The translations under genes were made by a program, and so were the position numbers. Positions 43,061-52,170 of a DNA stretch of 64,000 nt are shown piece by piece. Source of the stretch: Nitrospirota bacterium (lineage in GTDB: Bacteria; Nitrospirota; JACRHJ01); contig CAWJRJ010000016.1 of NCBI GenBank assembly GCA_963845245.1, positions 1 through 64,000 of the forward strand, given 5' to 3'. How positions within the stretch are numbered: position 1 is the first letter of the stretch; the number at the start of each line of letters is the position of its first letter. Under the pieces are notes generated by a model that saw only the letters and a list, made by a program, of their open reading frames with translations, had not been told where the DNA came from and searched no databases.

Positions 43061-43181
43061 TAATAAAATGGAAGGAGAGAGGTGTATTAATCAATATTAA
43101 TCAGGGGACTACCCGAAAGGGTTAAACGAGGGCCATGCGGGATAAACCTATGACGCGGGAAAGGTTGTGGGCGCGGGAAAA

Positions 43182-44096
43182 TCAGCGGGGGGCCAGCGGG
43201 TCCTCGTAGGGGTAGATCTTCAGGAACTCCAGGAACTCGCTCAGCGTGTGCGAGGTGAAGCCTTTCTTGCGCATGATAAGAGAAAAATGCCTGGTAATCT
43301 TCGCGTCCTTGAACCGGTTGGCGACCAGCGTGCCCGCACGGATCTCCTTGCGCGCCGCCCATGCGGATATGATGGATACGCCTAGCCCGTCCTCGACAGC
43401 CGTCTTTATGGCCTCTGTGCTCCCCAGGTAGAGCGACACCATCAGTTCGTCCACGTTTACCTTGTTTTCCTCAAGGGACTTTTCTATCATCTGCCTGGTG
43501 CCTGAGCCCTTCTCGCGCATGATGAGCGGTTCTTTGGTAAGCTCCGAGATCGATATGTTCTTCCTTCTGGCCCACTCGTGGTCCGGGCTCATTATGAGCA
43601 CCAGCTCGTCAGGAAGCAGCTTCTCGACGACAAGGTTGTGTTTCGCCACGTCTCCCTCGACGAGGCCCAAGTCTATCTCGCCTGCCAGAAGCTTCTCTAT
43701 CACAAGCCGGGTGTTGCCGACTATGAGGTTCGTCCAGATGCGCGGGTGGTTCCTCCTGAACGAGACTATGACTGACGGGAGGAGGTAGTTGCCTATGGTG
43801 GAGCTTGCGCCCACGGAGAGGTTCCCTTTGACAAGCCCTATCATGGCGTTTATGTCGCGCCTCGCGGATGCGTAAAGGCCCAGTATCTCCTTGGCATACT
43901 TGTAGAGCAGCTCGCCCGAGTTCGTGAGCGTCACCGTGCCGCCTGAGCGGTCGAACAGCTTCGTCTCGTACATCTCCTCCAATGCCTGCACCTGAAGGCT
44001 GACCGCAGGCTGAGTAAGATGTATTATCTCGGAGGTCTTCGAAAAGCTTTTGGTCTCCGCAACGGTGCAAAAAACCTTAAGCTTGTGGTCGTCCAT
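43182..44096 (-). CDS. LysR-family regulator (CysL-like subfamily)
   Basis: SFSKTSEIIHLTQPAVSLQVQALE HTH; GASSTIGNYLLP; REKGSGTR. Confidence 0.92.
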   Translation of the reverse strand: MDDHKLKVFCTVAETKSFSKTSEIIHLTQPAVSLQVQALEEMYETKLFDRSGGTVTLTNSGELLYKYAKEILGLYASARRDINAMIGLVKGNLSVGASSTIGNYLLPSVIVSFRRNHPRIWTNLIVGNTRLVIEKLLAGEIDLGLVEGDVAKHNLVVEKLLPDELVLIMSPDHEWARRKNISISELTKEPLIMREKGSGTRQMIEKSLEENKVNVDELMVSLYLGSTEAIKTAVEDGLGVSIISAWAARKEIRAGTLVANRFKDAKITRHFSLIMRKKGFTSHTLSEFLEFLKIYPYEDPLAPR

Positions 44097-44131
44097 CTTC
44101 TGTTGTCCCTTTCAAATTGCGCTTGATATGC

Positions 44132-44596
44132 CTAGATGATGAATTCGAAATCGTGGCTCACCTTGTCAGAGTCCATCAACTCCTTGGACTCGTCGCAGAG
44201 GTCCTGCAGGGTTACGTTCGACAGATAGTCTGTGATGGTCTTGCCGAGCCTCTTCCAGAGGATGAAGGTTATGCACTTTTCCGCCCGGTGGCAGACCTTG
44301 TTCTTTGCGCCGTGTTCTGTGCAGCTTACGGGCACTATGCTGCCTTCGACAATGCGTATAATCTCCTCCACCGTTATTTCGGAGGGTTTTCTGGCAAGCT
44401 TGAACCCGCCGCTCGGCCCACGCACTGACATCACAACCCCGCCTTTTCTGAGCTTGTTGAAGAGCTGTTCCAGATAGTGCAGCGAAATCTCTTCCCTCTC
44501 TGATATCCTGGAAAGCGGGACCGGTTCGCCCTTGGAGTAAAAGGAGAGGTCGAACATCGCCCTTACGGCATATCTACCTTTTGTCGATAACTGCAT
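44132..44596 (-). CDS. Rrf2-family regulator (IscR/CymR-like, three C-terminal Cys)
   Basis: MQLSTKGRYAVRAM, YLEQLFNKL, SVRGPSGGF, C-X9-C-X5-C. Confidence 0.92.
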   Translation of the reverse strand: MQLSTKGRYAVRAMFDLSFYSKGEPVPLSRISEREEISLHYLEQLFNKLRKGGVVMSVRGPSGGFKLARKPSEITVEEIIRIVEGSIVPVSCTEHGAKNKVCHRAEKCITFILWKRLGKTITDYLSNVTLQDLCDESKELMDSDKVSHDFEFII

Positions 44597-44629
44597 GGAT
44601 CTTCTCCCTCTTTTAGAGTCCTGTCGCCT

Positions 44630-45553
44630 TTAGCCGAACAGGCCTGTACTCAGGTACCGCTCACCACTGTCCGGCAATATCACCACTACGCTCTTGCCCT
44701 TACCGAGCTTTTTGGCAACCTTTATGGCGGCAAAAAGCGCCGCTCCCGAAGAGATGCCGCAGAGCAGCCCTTCTTTGACCCCGAGTTCCCTGGCCGTCTT
44801 TGCTGCCTCCTCGTTCGTCACCTGTATAATCTCGTCGTAAACCTGGGTGTTAAGCACAGCGGGTACGAAACCCGCTCCTATCCCCTGTATCTTGTGGGGC
44901 CCGGGGCTTTTGCCAGAGAGTACGGCAGAGTCGGCCGGTTCAACGGCGATTACCTTTATAGCCTTGTTCCTGGCACGGAGCACTTCGCCTACGCCGGTGA
45001 TCGTTCCGCCGGTCCCTACCCCGGCTACAAAAGCGTCGATATTCGGGCCGAGCGCTGCAAGTATCTCCCTCGCCGTCGTCTTTCGGTGTATCTCCGGGTT
45101 GTCAGGGTTTTTGAACTGCTGCGGCATGAACCAGCTCGGGTTTTCGTTGATGATCTCCTCTGCCTTTGTGACTGCGCCGCGCATCCCTTCGGAACCGGGG
45201 GTCAGCACGAGCTTTGCGCCGTAAGCTGCAAGCAGGGTGCGCCTCTCGATGCTCATGGTGTCGGGCATGGTAAGGATGAGCTTGTATCCCTTGATCGCCG
45301 CGACCAGCCCGAGGCCTATGCCGGTGTTTCCGCTTGTCGGTTCTACTATCGTACCGCCTGGTTTCAGACGGCCGCTCTTTTCGGCCTCCTCCACCATGGC
45401 AAGCGCTATCCTGTCTTTGACGCTGCCGCCGGGGTTGGCCCCCTCCAGCTTGGCATAGACAGCCGCGTCCTTTTCTCCAGTCATCCTGGTGATATGGACC
45501 ATGGGGGTCTTGCCTATAAGCTCAAGGGCTCCCTTGTATATCTTCTTATTCAA
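44630..45553 (-). CDS. cysK: Cysteine synthase A
   Basis: [11 protein letters not shown] (PLP Lys), [31 protein letters not shown]. Confidence 0.95.
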   Translation of the reverse strand: MNKKIYKGALELIGKTPMVHITRMTGEKDAAVYAKLEGANPGGSVKDRIALAMVEEAEKSGRLKPGGTIVEPTSGNTGIGLGLVAAIKGYKLILTMPDTMSIERRTLLAAYGAKLVLTPGSEGMRGAVTKAEEIINENPSWFMPQQFKNPDNPEIHRKTTAREILAALGPNIDAFVAGVGTGGTITGVGEVLRARNKAIKVIAVEPADSAVLSGKSPGPHKIQGIGAGFVPAVLNTQVYDEIIQVTNEEAAKTARELGVKEGLLCGISSGAALFAAIKVAKKLGKGKSVVVILPDSGERYLSTGLFG

Positions 45554-46029
45554 CTGTCACCTCCGGAAAATGCCAGAAGCTCGCCCGAAGGCGCGTCCTG
45601 GACCCACTGCACCAGCGCATCGAAGTCTTTTGATATCTCGCGGTCTATCTCCATTGCCCTGGGGAGGCCGCTGACTTCTTTTTCATCGAGCAGGCGCGCC
45701 TTTAACTCCTTGTGCCCGGAAAGCCTCTTTAAGGCGGCGTCGGATACCGATACGGTCGTGCTCCTGCTGCCGTCCCTGTTCCTGAGTGTCAGTGCGGCGC
45801 GCCCGGATTCTTCGTAAACGATGTTGCCGTTCCCGAGGGTGCAGCCCGTCACGAACTGTATGCCGTCGAGTGCGCAGTTCTTCGAATGGAATACCGCCTC
45901 GATCCTGAACTGGTCGGCTTTCGTGACGCCGAGCGCGGACATCGCGGCCGCTCCGAGCCTGGCGCCCATAGTGGACATCGGGCAGCGGTGGCCGTGAAAA
46001 GCATATAGACCGTCAAAATCGATATTCAT
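45550..46029 (-). CDS. FmdE-family (formylmethanofuran dehydrogenase subunit E-like) protein
   Basis: FHGHRCP...G.R.G...[21 protein letters not shown] 46029 overlaps upstream stop. Confidence 0.82.
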   Translation of the reverse strand: MNIDFDGLYAFHGHRCPMSTMGARLGAAAMSALGVTKADQFRIEAVFHSKNCALDGIQFVTGCTLGNGNIVYEESGRAALTLRNRDGSRSTTVSVSDAALKRLSGHKELKARLLDEKEVSGLPRAMEIDREISKDFDALVQWVQDAPSGELLAFSGGDS

Positions 46030-46757
46030 AACCTTATAGATCCCACAAGTTCCACGGAGCCCCAGGCGCCGACCTTGTCGCCGGAAATGACGACCGCGCC
46101 CATGACACCCGCTATTTTCGAAGACACCGCAAGGGCCTCCTCGACATGGCCCTCTTTTTTTACCGCGTTCCCCACCGCAGAGGCGGCGGCATCGGCAAGC
46201 GCCGCGGAGTTGGCGACCACACAGGCGGCATGCGCGACCCCGAGGGACAATGATGGTCCCACCTTTCCCGACGAGGTACATACCCCGAGCGGGTTTGCGC
46301 CAGGGCCTATGTTTATGCCCATCTTTCCGGAAAGCGGCGAGTCACCCGCGTATAGGGCGACAACCCTGGGCTTATCCGTTTTTATATATATGTCCCCGCC
46401 GTTCTCGACTATTACCTGCGATGATTCCGCGAGCAGCGCCTCGCCGACCAATTCGGCAAATGCGCCGGCCACGGCGGCCATAGGCCCTACTCCCGCGGCA
46501 TCAGCCGCCGCCGACATCCTAACTGCCGACTCCGGCGCGCCGGGCAGCAGCCTGACAGGCACGAGCGACCTTAAGAATTCGGGCTGCCTGTTTATATAAC
46601 TCTCAAGCTGGTGGCGGTGGTTTATGACAACCTCAAGCGCCAGCTTTGTCAAGTCCCTGTCGGCCAGTATAAAAAGGTCGGTCTCTTTGACTACGACCGT
46701 GAAAGAAACAAGGTCGTCTGCCTTTACGGATTCCCTGTAGTCCCGCTGCTCATACAT
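46026..46757 (-). CDS. UPF0280 / ApbE-like family protein
   Basis: KETDL, VGPMAAVAG, VENGGDI, CTSSGKVGPSLSLG, ALADAAAS. Confidence 0.85.
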   Translation of the reverse strand: MYEQRDYRESVKADDLVSFTVVVKETDLFILADRDLTKLALEVVINHRHQLESYINRQPEFLRSLVPVRLLPGAPESAVRMSAAADAAGVGPMAAVAGAFAELVGEALLAESSQVIVENGGDIYIKTDKPRVVALYAGDSPLSGKMGINIGPGANPLGVCTSSGKVGPSLSLGVAHAACVVANSAALADAAASAVGNAVKKEGHVEEALAVSSKIAGVMGAVVISGDKVGAWGSVELVGSIRL

Positions 46758-46877
46758 TCTTTACCTTATATTGATTTTAAATACAGGTATAAGAAGGATA
46801 AAATACACTACCTTGCTTGTCAAGATAAATATGTATTTATATTCTGAGAACATTTTTATTTTATGCATATTTCTTCC

Positions 46878-46918
46878 TTGACAGTGCAAAGAAAGCATAC
46901 TATTCTTGAAAAAGTAAT
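46878..46918 (+). promoter_or_regulatory. Sigma70 promoter of first Ni-ECF operon with CATAC-N13-GTA motif
   Basis: TTGACA-N17-TATTCT; motif at the same offsets as in the promoter at 50540. Confidence 0.65.
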
Positions 46919-46941
46919 ACTACGCCTTCGGAGATAACTAG

Positions 46942-48817
46942 ATGCATATACCGGACGGATACCTGAGTCCGCAGACTTACGTACCATTATACGGCGCCTC
47001 GGTGGCAATCTGGTCTGTTGCCTTGAGGAAGCTCAAGAAAGAACTGTCCGTCAAGCAGGTGCCGTACCTCTCCATGGCGGCAGCGTTCTCTTTCCTTATA
47101 ATGATGTTCAACGTACCCATACCAGGAGGGACTACCGGCCATGCGGTCGGGGGCGGGATCATTGCGATACTTTTGGGGCCTTGGACCGCAGTGGTTGCGG
47201 TCTCGGTCGTCCTTATAATCCAGGCGATAGTCTTCGGAGACGGCGGAGTCACTGCTATCGGCGCCAACTGTTTCAACATGGCGGTGGTGATGCCTTTCGT
47301 GTCGTATTGGGTATTCAAGCTATCAAAGGGAAACTCGACCGGAAAGGGAAGGCTTTACATCTCCGCCTTCTTATCCGGGTATGCGGGGCTTGTCGCTGCT
47401 GCGGTCCTGACAGGCATAGAGTTCGGTATACAGCCGATGATAGCTGCCGCACCGGACGGCTCGCCGCTTTATGCGCCATATCCGCTTTCGATAGCGCTGC
47501 CCGCCATGGCGATAGGGCACATGCTTTTCCTGGGCCCGGTGGAAGGATTGATAACGATGCTCTTGGCCGGGTATTTCTTTGAAGATGTGTCTGCCCATGT
47601 CAGGGGAGCGGTAACGCCCTCTACGGGTAAATCCCGTAAAGTGCTCTGGATAGGGATAGGTATCCTGGCGCTCCTGACCCCTCTCGGGATATTCCTTCCG
47701 AAGCTATTCAAAGCTGGAGCGGCATGGGGCGAGTGGGGCCCGGAAGAACTGAAGAAGCTGGTCGGCTTCGTACCCGATGGGATAAGGAGGCTTGGCGAGC
47801 TGTGGAAGGCGCCTCTTCCTGATTATGGTTTCGGCGGAAACGGCCCGGTATCCGAGACCGTATCATATATGGTATCAGGACTGGTCGGCATCGCCGTGAC
47901 CGTCGCGGTGGTCTACATAATAGCAAAGATATTGACAGGGAAAGGCCTTAAGGGCTCAAGGGTCAGGACATCCTTCGTGGACAAGGGGCTCCACCATGTG
48001 GCGAATGTGATCAAGACCACGTACATACAATGGGAGACGTCATCCCGCAAGGGCCTGTTGCAGGGGCTGGACGCAAGGGTCAAGGTGCTGTTCCTGGCCG
48101 TATTTCTGGTGGCAGTATCTTTGAAGAAGGATGTGACTTCAGAACTATTGATTGCGGCATTGGTGTTGAGCATTAGCCGCAGCTTCACGTGTCGGGTTCG
48201 TGTCATATTATAAAAGGGTGCTCTTCCTTGGTTTCTTCTTCGGTTTTCTGGTTGCGTTGCCCGCTTCACTGAATATCATAACGAACGGGACGGTCGTCGT
48301 CCCTATCATAACGCTCCCCAGGGCCTATGATTTCTGGGTATACCGCATCCCCATGAATATAGGGTTCACAAGTGAGGGGTTGCACGGGGTAGCAGTGCTT
48401 ACCCTGAGGGTTGTCAACTCCGTTTCGCTGTCTCTGCTGGTGCTTTATACGACACCGTTCCACGAGGTGATAAAGGCGCTCAAGCTGCTCAGGGTGCCGG
48501 ATACTTTCCTGATGGTCATAAACCTCACGTACAAATACATATTCATATTCGCGAAGACGATTGAAGACATGCACCTGGCAAAAAAGAGCAGGATGGTGGG
48601 GGACACAAGCGATTCTGAAGCAAGAAGATGGGTGGCGGGCAGGATCGCGCTGGTTTTCAAGAAGACCCAGCTGCGGTGCGAGGATATATTCCGTGCAATG
48701 GTGAGCAGAGGGTTCTCGGGAGAGGTAAAGATGTACGGGTTCAGGAAACTGGCTGCAAGGGACTACATTGCAGGGTTTTTGTTTCTAACGGCAGGAGTTG
48801 CGGCGATATGGATGTGA
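46942..48817 (+). CDS. Ni/Co ECF transporter NikM-NikN(PDGLE)-NikQ apparent fusion (frameshift ~48170-48200 inside Q part)
   Basis: MHIPDG N-terminus, GGTTGHAVG, AWGEWG...APLPDY, then SFVDKG...LDARVK in frame; the T-component remainder (YKYIF...RAMVSRGFSG) is in ORF 48200-48817. Confidence 0.82.
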
Positions 48818-48822
48818 GCTAA

Positions 48823-49632
48823 ATGGAATATATATTAGAGGCAAGGGATATATCGTACAGCTATTACGGCAAGATACCGGCCCTGAACGGCGTGAGCATC
48901 GGCATAAAGGAAGGCGGATGCTTCTCCATAATAGGTTCCAACGGGAGCGGCAAGTCTACGCTTCTGCAGATATTGAACGGGCTGATACCACCCTCAAAGG
49001 GCGGGGTATTCTTCCGTGGCGCGGAGGTGACCGAGGAGTCGCTCAAGGACAAAGAGTTCCTCCGCTCATTCAGGAGCAAGAACGGGTTCATCTTCCAGGA
49101 CTCAGACGTCCAGCTGTTTTCGCCGACGGTGCTGGACGAACTGATATTCGCCCCCATGCAGCTCGGCCTGAAAGAGGACGAGGCGCTCGATAGGGCGGCC
49201 AATGTGATGCAGATGCTGAACATAGAGGCCTTGAAGGACAGGCCGTCCTACATGCTTTCCGGCGGCGAGAAGAAGAGGGTGGCCATAGGTTCGGTGCTGA
49301 CCATGGACCCGGAAGTCCTGCTCCTGGACGAACCGACGAACGGGCTGGACCCCAAGACCCAGTGCTTCCTTATCGAGCTCATATTCAAGCTGAACGACGC
49401 GGGGAAGACGATAGTCATCGCCACGCACGACCTGGGGCTTGTTGACGAGCTTAATTCCGAGGTTGCCGTATTGTCCGAGGAGCACAGGGTGGAGAGTTCA
49501 GGAAACACCGATGAAGTGCTCAAGGACCTGGACCTGCTGCTTAGGGTGAACCTGATACACGAGCATATGCACAGCCACGGGCAGACGACCCACAAACACC
49601 CGCATCAGCATTACCTTCCGCACAAGCATTGA
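48823..49632 (+). CDS. ECF ATPase NikO/CbiO with His-rich C-terminus
   Basis: GSNGSGKST, LSGGEKKR, LLLDEPT; tail HEHMHSHGQTTHKHPHQHYLPHKH. Confidence 0.92.
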   Translation: MEYILEARDISYSYYGKIPALNGVSIGIKEGGCFSIIGSNGSGKSTLLQILNGLIPPSKGGVFFRGAEVTEESLKDKEFLRSFRSKNGFIFQDSDVQLFSPTVLDELIFAPMQLGLKEDEALDRAANVMQMLNIEALKDRPSYMLSGGEKKRVAIGSVLTMDPEVLLLDEPTNGLDPKTQCFLIELIFKLNDAGKTIVIATHDLGLVDELNSEVAVLSEEHRVESSGNTDEVLKDLDLLLRVNLIHEHMHSHGQTTHKHPHQHYLPHKH

Positions 49633-49643
49633 GAGAGGTTAAT

Positions 49644-50060
49644 ATGAAAGGTCTTGCAAGGATAGCGATCTCGATAGACAAAAAACTCATGGACCGTTTC
49701 GACAGTTCCATCGAGGAAAAGGGGTACACCAACCGCTCCGAGGCGATACGCGACCTCATGCGCGACTCGCTGGTGGAGCTCGAGTGGCAGGCGGACGCAG
49801 AGGTGGTGGGCACGATAACGCTGGTGTACAACCACCACACCCGCGAACTGCCGGATACCCTGAATGAACTTCAGCACAACTATTTCCACTCTATCGTGTC
49901 GAACCTGCACATCCACCTGGACGAGCACAACTGCCTCGAAGTGATGGTGGTGCGGGGAAAAAGCACCGAGGTGAAAAAGCTGGCCGACAGGCTTATAGGC
50001 ACTCGCGGGGTAGTCCACGGCAAACTAACCATGGCGACTACCGGCAGGGCCCTCGCCTGA
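49644..50060 (+). CDS. nikR: Nickel-responsive repressor NikR
   Basis: RIAISID ribbon, NRSEAIRDL, LQH...HIHLDEHNCLE Ni-ligand pattern. Confidence 0.95.
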   Translation: MKGLARIAISIDKKLMDRFDSSIEEKGYTNRSEAIRDLMRDSLVELEWQADAEVVGTITLVYNHHTRELPDTLNELQHNYFHSIVSNLHIHLDEHNCLEVMVVRGKSTEVKKLADRLIGTRGVVHGKLTMATTGRALA

Positions 50061-50114
50061 GTTTTCCGGTATATTTTAAATCCAGTATCTGTCCATCTTG
50101 TACGAGGTAACGGC

Positions 50115-50408
50115 ATGATTAATCCATTGAAAAGAACAGCCATATATTTATCGCAAACCGGGACACGGTTCCTGTTGCACTTCACGGCTTTATTTGGCTT
50201 GTTCATTACCACATCAAACTGTCCATGTTGCGGACAACCCGCTTCCGCTTGCCCAACTGGAGTTGCGGCCATGGGGGGCCTGGCAGCAATCATCTCTGCA
50301 GTGACCGGTAGACGGCGGCATGCTTCCCAATCCGGGACAGGCCCACATCTTCCCGCTTCCCGGCAGGAACCCCCTCATTGCCCAATCAATTTTAAGCGGA
50401 CCGGCTGA
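50115..50408 (+). CDS. Small Cys-rich membrane protein (CPCCG-x5-CP)
   Basis: GAGG RBS; hydrophobic segments flanking NCPCCGQPASACP. Confidence 0.5.
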   Translation: MINPLKRTAIYLSQTGTRFLLHFTALFGLFITTSNCPCCGQPASACPTGVAAMGGLAAIISAVTGRRRHASQSGTGPHLPASRQEPPHCPINFKRTG

Positions 50409-50539
50409 CCCCCCACAGACGCTTTCCGACGGCCTCCGAGGGATATTCGGCCTGATTTCGGGGTTCGCCTGAATTTACCTCCGGCAAGGTCCTCGTCTGA
50501 ATTTTTCAGTATATTTTTAATATGGCCCATATTTTGCTC

Positions 50540-50603
50540 TTGACTTTAATGCAAAAACATACGATATTATAAAAAGTATGCTGTATAGTACCACTAATCA
50601 TAC
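50540..50603 (+). promoter_or_regulatory. Sigma70 promoter with candidate NikR operator
   Basis: TTGACT-N17-GATATT; GTATGC-N16-TCATAC (50576-50603), one mismatch to the E. coli NikR operator GTATGA-N16-TCATAC. Confidence 0.7.
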
Positions 50604-50624
50604 AATAATAATACTGCAAGCCAA

Positions 50625-51041
50625 ATGAAAAATGTCATAGTTGTGATAGATGGTCAGGGCGGGAAGCTGGGAGGCCGGATTGTTCAAAGGCTTAAACCCT
50701 CCCTGCCTGCCGGTGCGGAGATTGTAGCCCTGGGCACAAATGCGCTCGCCACCGCACAGATGATGAAGTCAGGCGCGGACAGGGGGGCGTCAGGCGAGAA
50801 CGCGGTTGCCCATACTGTAACATCGGCGAGAGTGATATTGGGTTCGTTGTCAATAGTTATGCCAAACTCCATGCTGGGCGAGCTTACAACAAAGATGGCC
50901 GAAGCCATCCTTGGTTCACCCGCCACCAAGCTGTTGTTGCCGGTAAACAACGAAGGTATACGAGTTATTGGGGTAAGCAGGGACCCGTTGTCAAGCCTGC
51001 TAGACGACCTCTGCAAGGAAGCTGTAAAGGCTGTAAGCTGA
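50625..51041 (+). CDS. DUF3842 family protein
   Basis: VIDGQGG.LG, ALGTNALAT..M.K.GA..GASGENA, NSMLGELT..MAEAI..SPA.K.LLP. Confidence 0.8.
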   Translation: MKNVIVVIDGQGGKLGGRIVQRLKPSLPAGAEIVALGTNALATAQMMKSGADRGASGENAVAHTVTSARVILGSLSIVMPNSMLGELTTKMAEAILGSPATKLLLPVNNEGIRVIGVSRDPLSSLLDDLCKEAVKAVS

Positions 51042-51165
51042 CAAAGGCCACGAAGGTCTTTGACGGTGCATAAGTTGTAGTCCCACGATTTATTTTATTC
51101 AAATGAAGGCCACGAAGGCCTTACACGGTGATGGTGCCGTAGTGAGGTTTTTGCGGCCTTTTTTT
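51042..51165 (+). promoter_or_regulatory. Twin-hairpin attenuator; second hairpin overlaps an intrinsic terminator
   Basis: Direct repeats CAAAGGCC-ACGAA-GGTCTTTG (51042-51062) and AAGGCC-ACGAA-GGCCTT (51106-51122); the second is the 5' arm of stem 51106-51160 ending in a T-run. Confidence 0.65.
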
Positions 51166-51202
51166 GTTTGCAACCGAAAGTGAAAGACGTAAAGGAGGGA
51201 AC

Positions 51203-52159
51203 GTGAGGAGAATTATAGTTTTAGCGATCATTATTGCCATGACCGCTTGCTTCTTATGGTTATGTTTTTGCCGCTGAGCAGGACATGACGGCGGAGGCGC
51301 AGGTTGCTCAAACAGTCGAGGCTTCTGATGCTGCGGCAGGAGTCGAAGGCGACCGGTTACGTTCAAATGCCCCAACTGCGGGGAGACAATCAATATCGGG
51401 CGGCACGGGCAGGCAAGCGGCGAGACGATGAAGTGCCCCCACTGCGGCAAAGAAATATGCACAAAGGAAGAGGCGGAGAAAGGCGTCTGCTTCGGAGCGG
51501 ACATGGCCTTTATGAGCAAGTACGTCTCGCGTGCCGCTGACTATTACCGATGGCCCTGTATTTGAGCCAAACGTCTGGGCCTCGTACAAGGGTTTTACGG
51601 CAAGCGTCTGGGCGCAACATGGACCTTACAAACAGGAACAACCAACGTGCGGAGAGTTCACCGAATTGGACTTCACCCTCGACTATTCAACCAACGTTGG
51701 AAAGCTTGGCCTTTCAGGAGGGGCATATATTATGACCTTCTCCATACAGCGGCAAACGACACTGCGGAAGTCTACGCCGGGGTAGGCTACGACATGTTCC
51801 TGAAACCCAAGCTGGTCTGTTTATTACGACTTCTTGGCAGGCGGATGGCTTCTACGGCGTATTTTCGGTAGGCCACAGCTTCGACCTGCCCCAGCCCACG
51901 CCGTGGATGAAAGCCGTCGCTTGCGCTTTCCGGCCAGGTCGGCTGGGGTTCAAAGAACTACAACAGCTTTAACTGGGGTGCGGAACACAGCACGTTTACC
52001 GATATGGTTTTTACTGCCAGCCTGCCGGTATCAATTTCGGATTATTTCACGATTAAGCCTACCGTCAGCTATTCCACCGTCCTGGACAGGACAATCAGGA
52101 CAAAGAACTTTAAAAACGACAACGTGATATGGGGCGCGGTGCTTTCCGCGAGCCTGTAG
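51203..52159 (+). CDS. Putative outer-membrane porin (TorF/Gcw_chp-like) with N-terminal double CxxC; heavily frameshifted
   Basis: AAGGAGG RBS plus GTG; fragments rebuild to signal peptide, CPNCG..CPHCG, FMSKYV.R, DGPVFEP, EFTELDFTLDYS, TAEVYAGVGYD, ...NVIWGAVLSASL*. Confidence 0.6.
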
Positions 52160-52170
52160 GGGAGGAAACG

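Noticed and set aside
43100..43180. GAAA tetraloop hairpin (ACCC-GAAA-GGGT) as a possible c-di-GMP riboswitch
   Set aside because: Lacks the GCAAA/P2 elements and is on the opposite strand to the adjacent genes
46030..46281. Cys/Gly-rich N-terminal extension on the FmdE ORF
   Set aside because: Alternative frame within the UPF0280 gene; true start is the coupled ATG at 46029
51042..51122. Direct repeats as a CRISPR array
   Set aside because: Only two ~17-nt units and no cas genes; better explained as an attenuator
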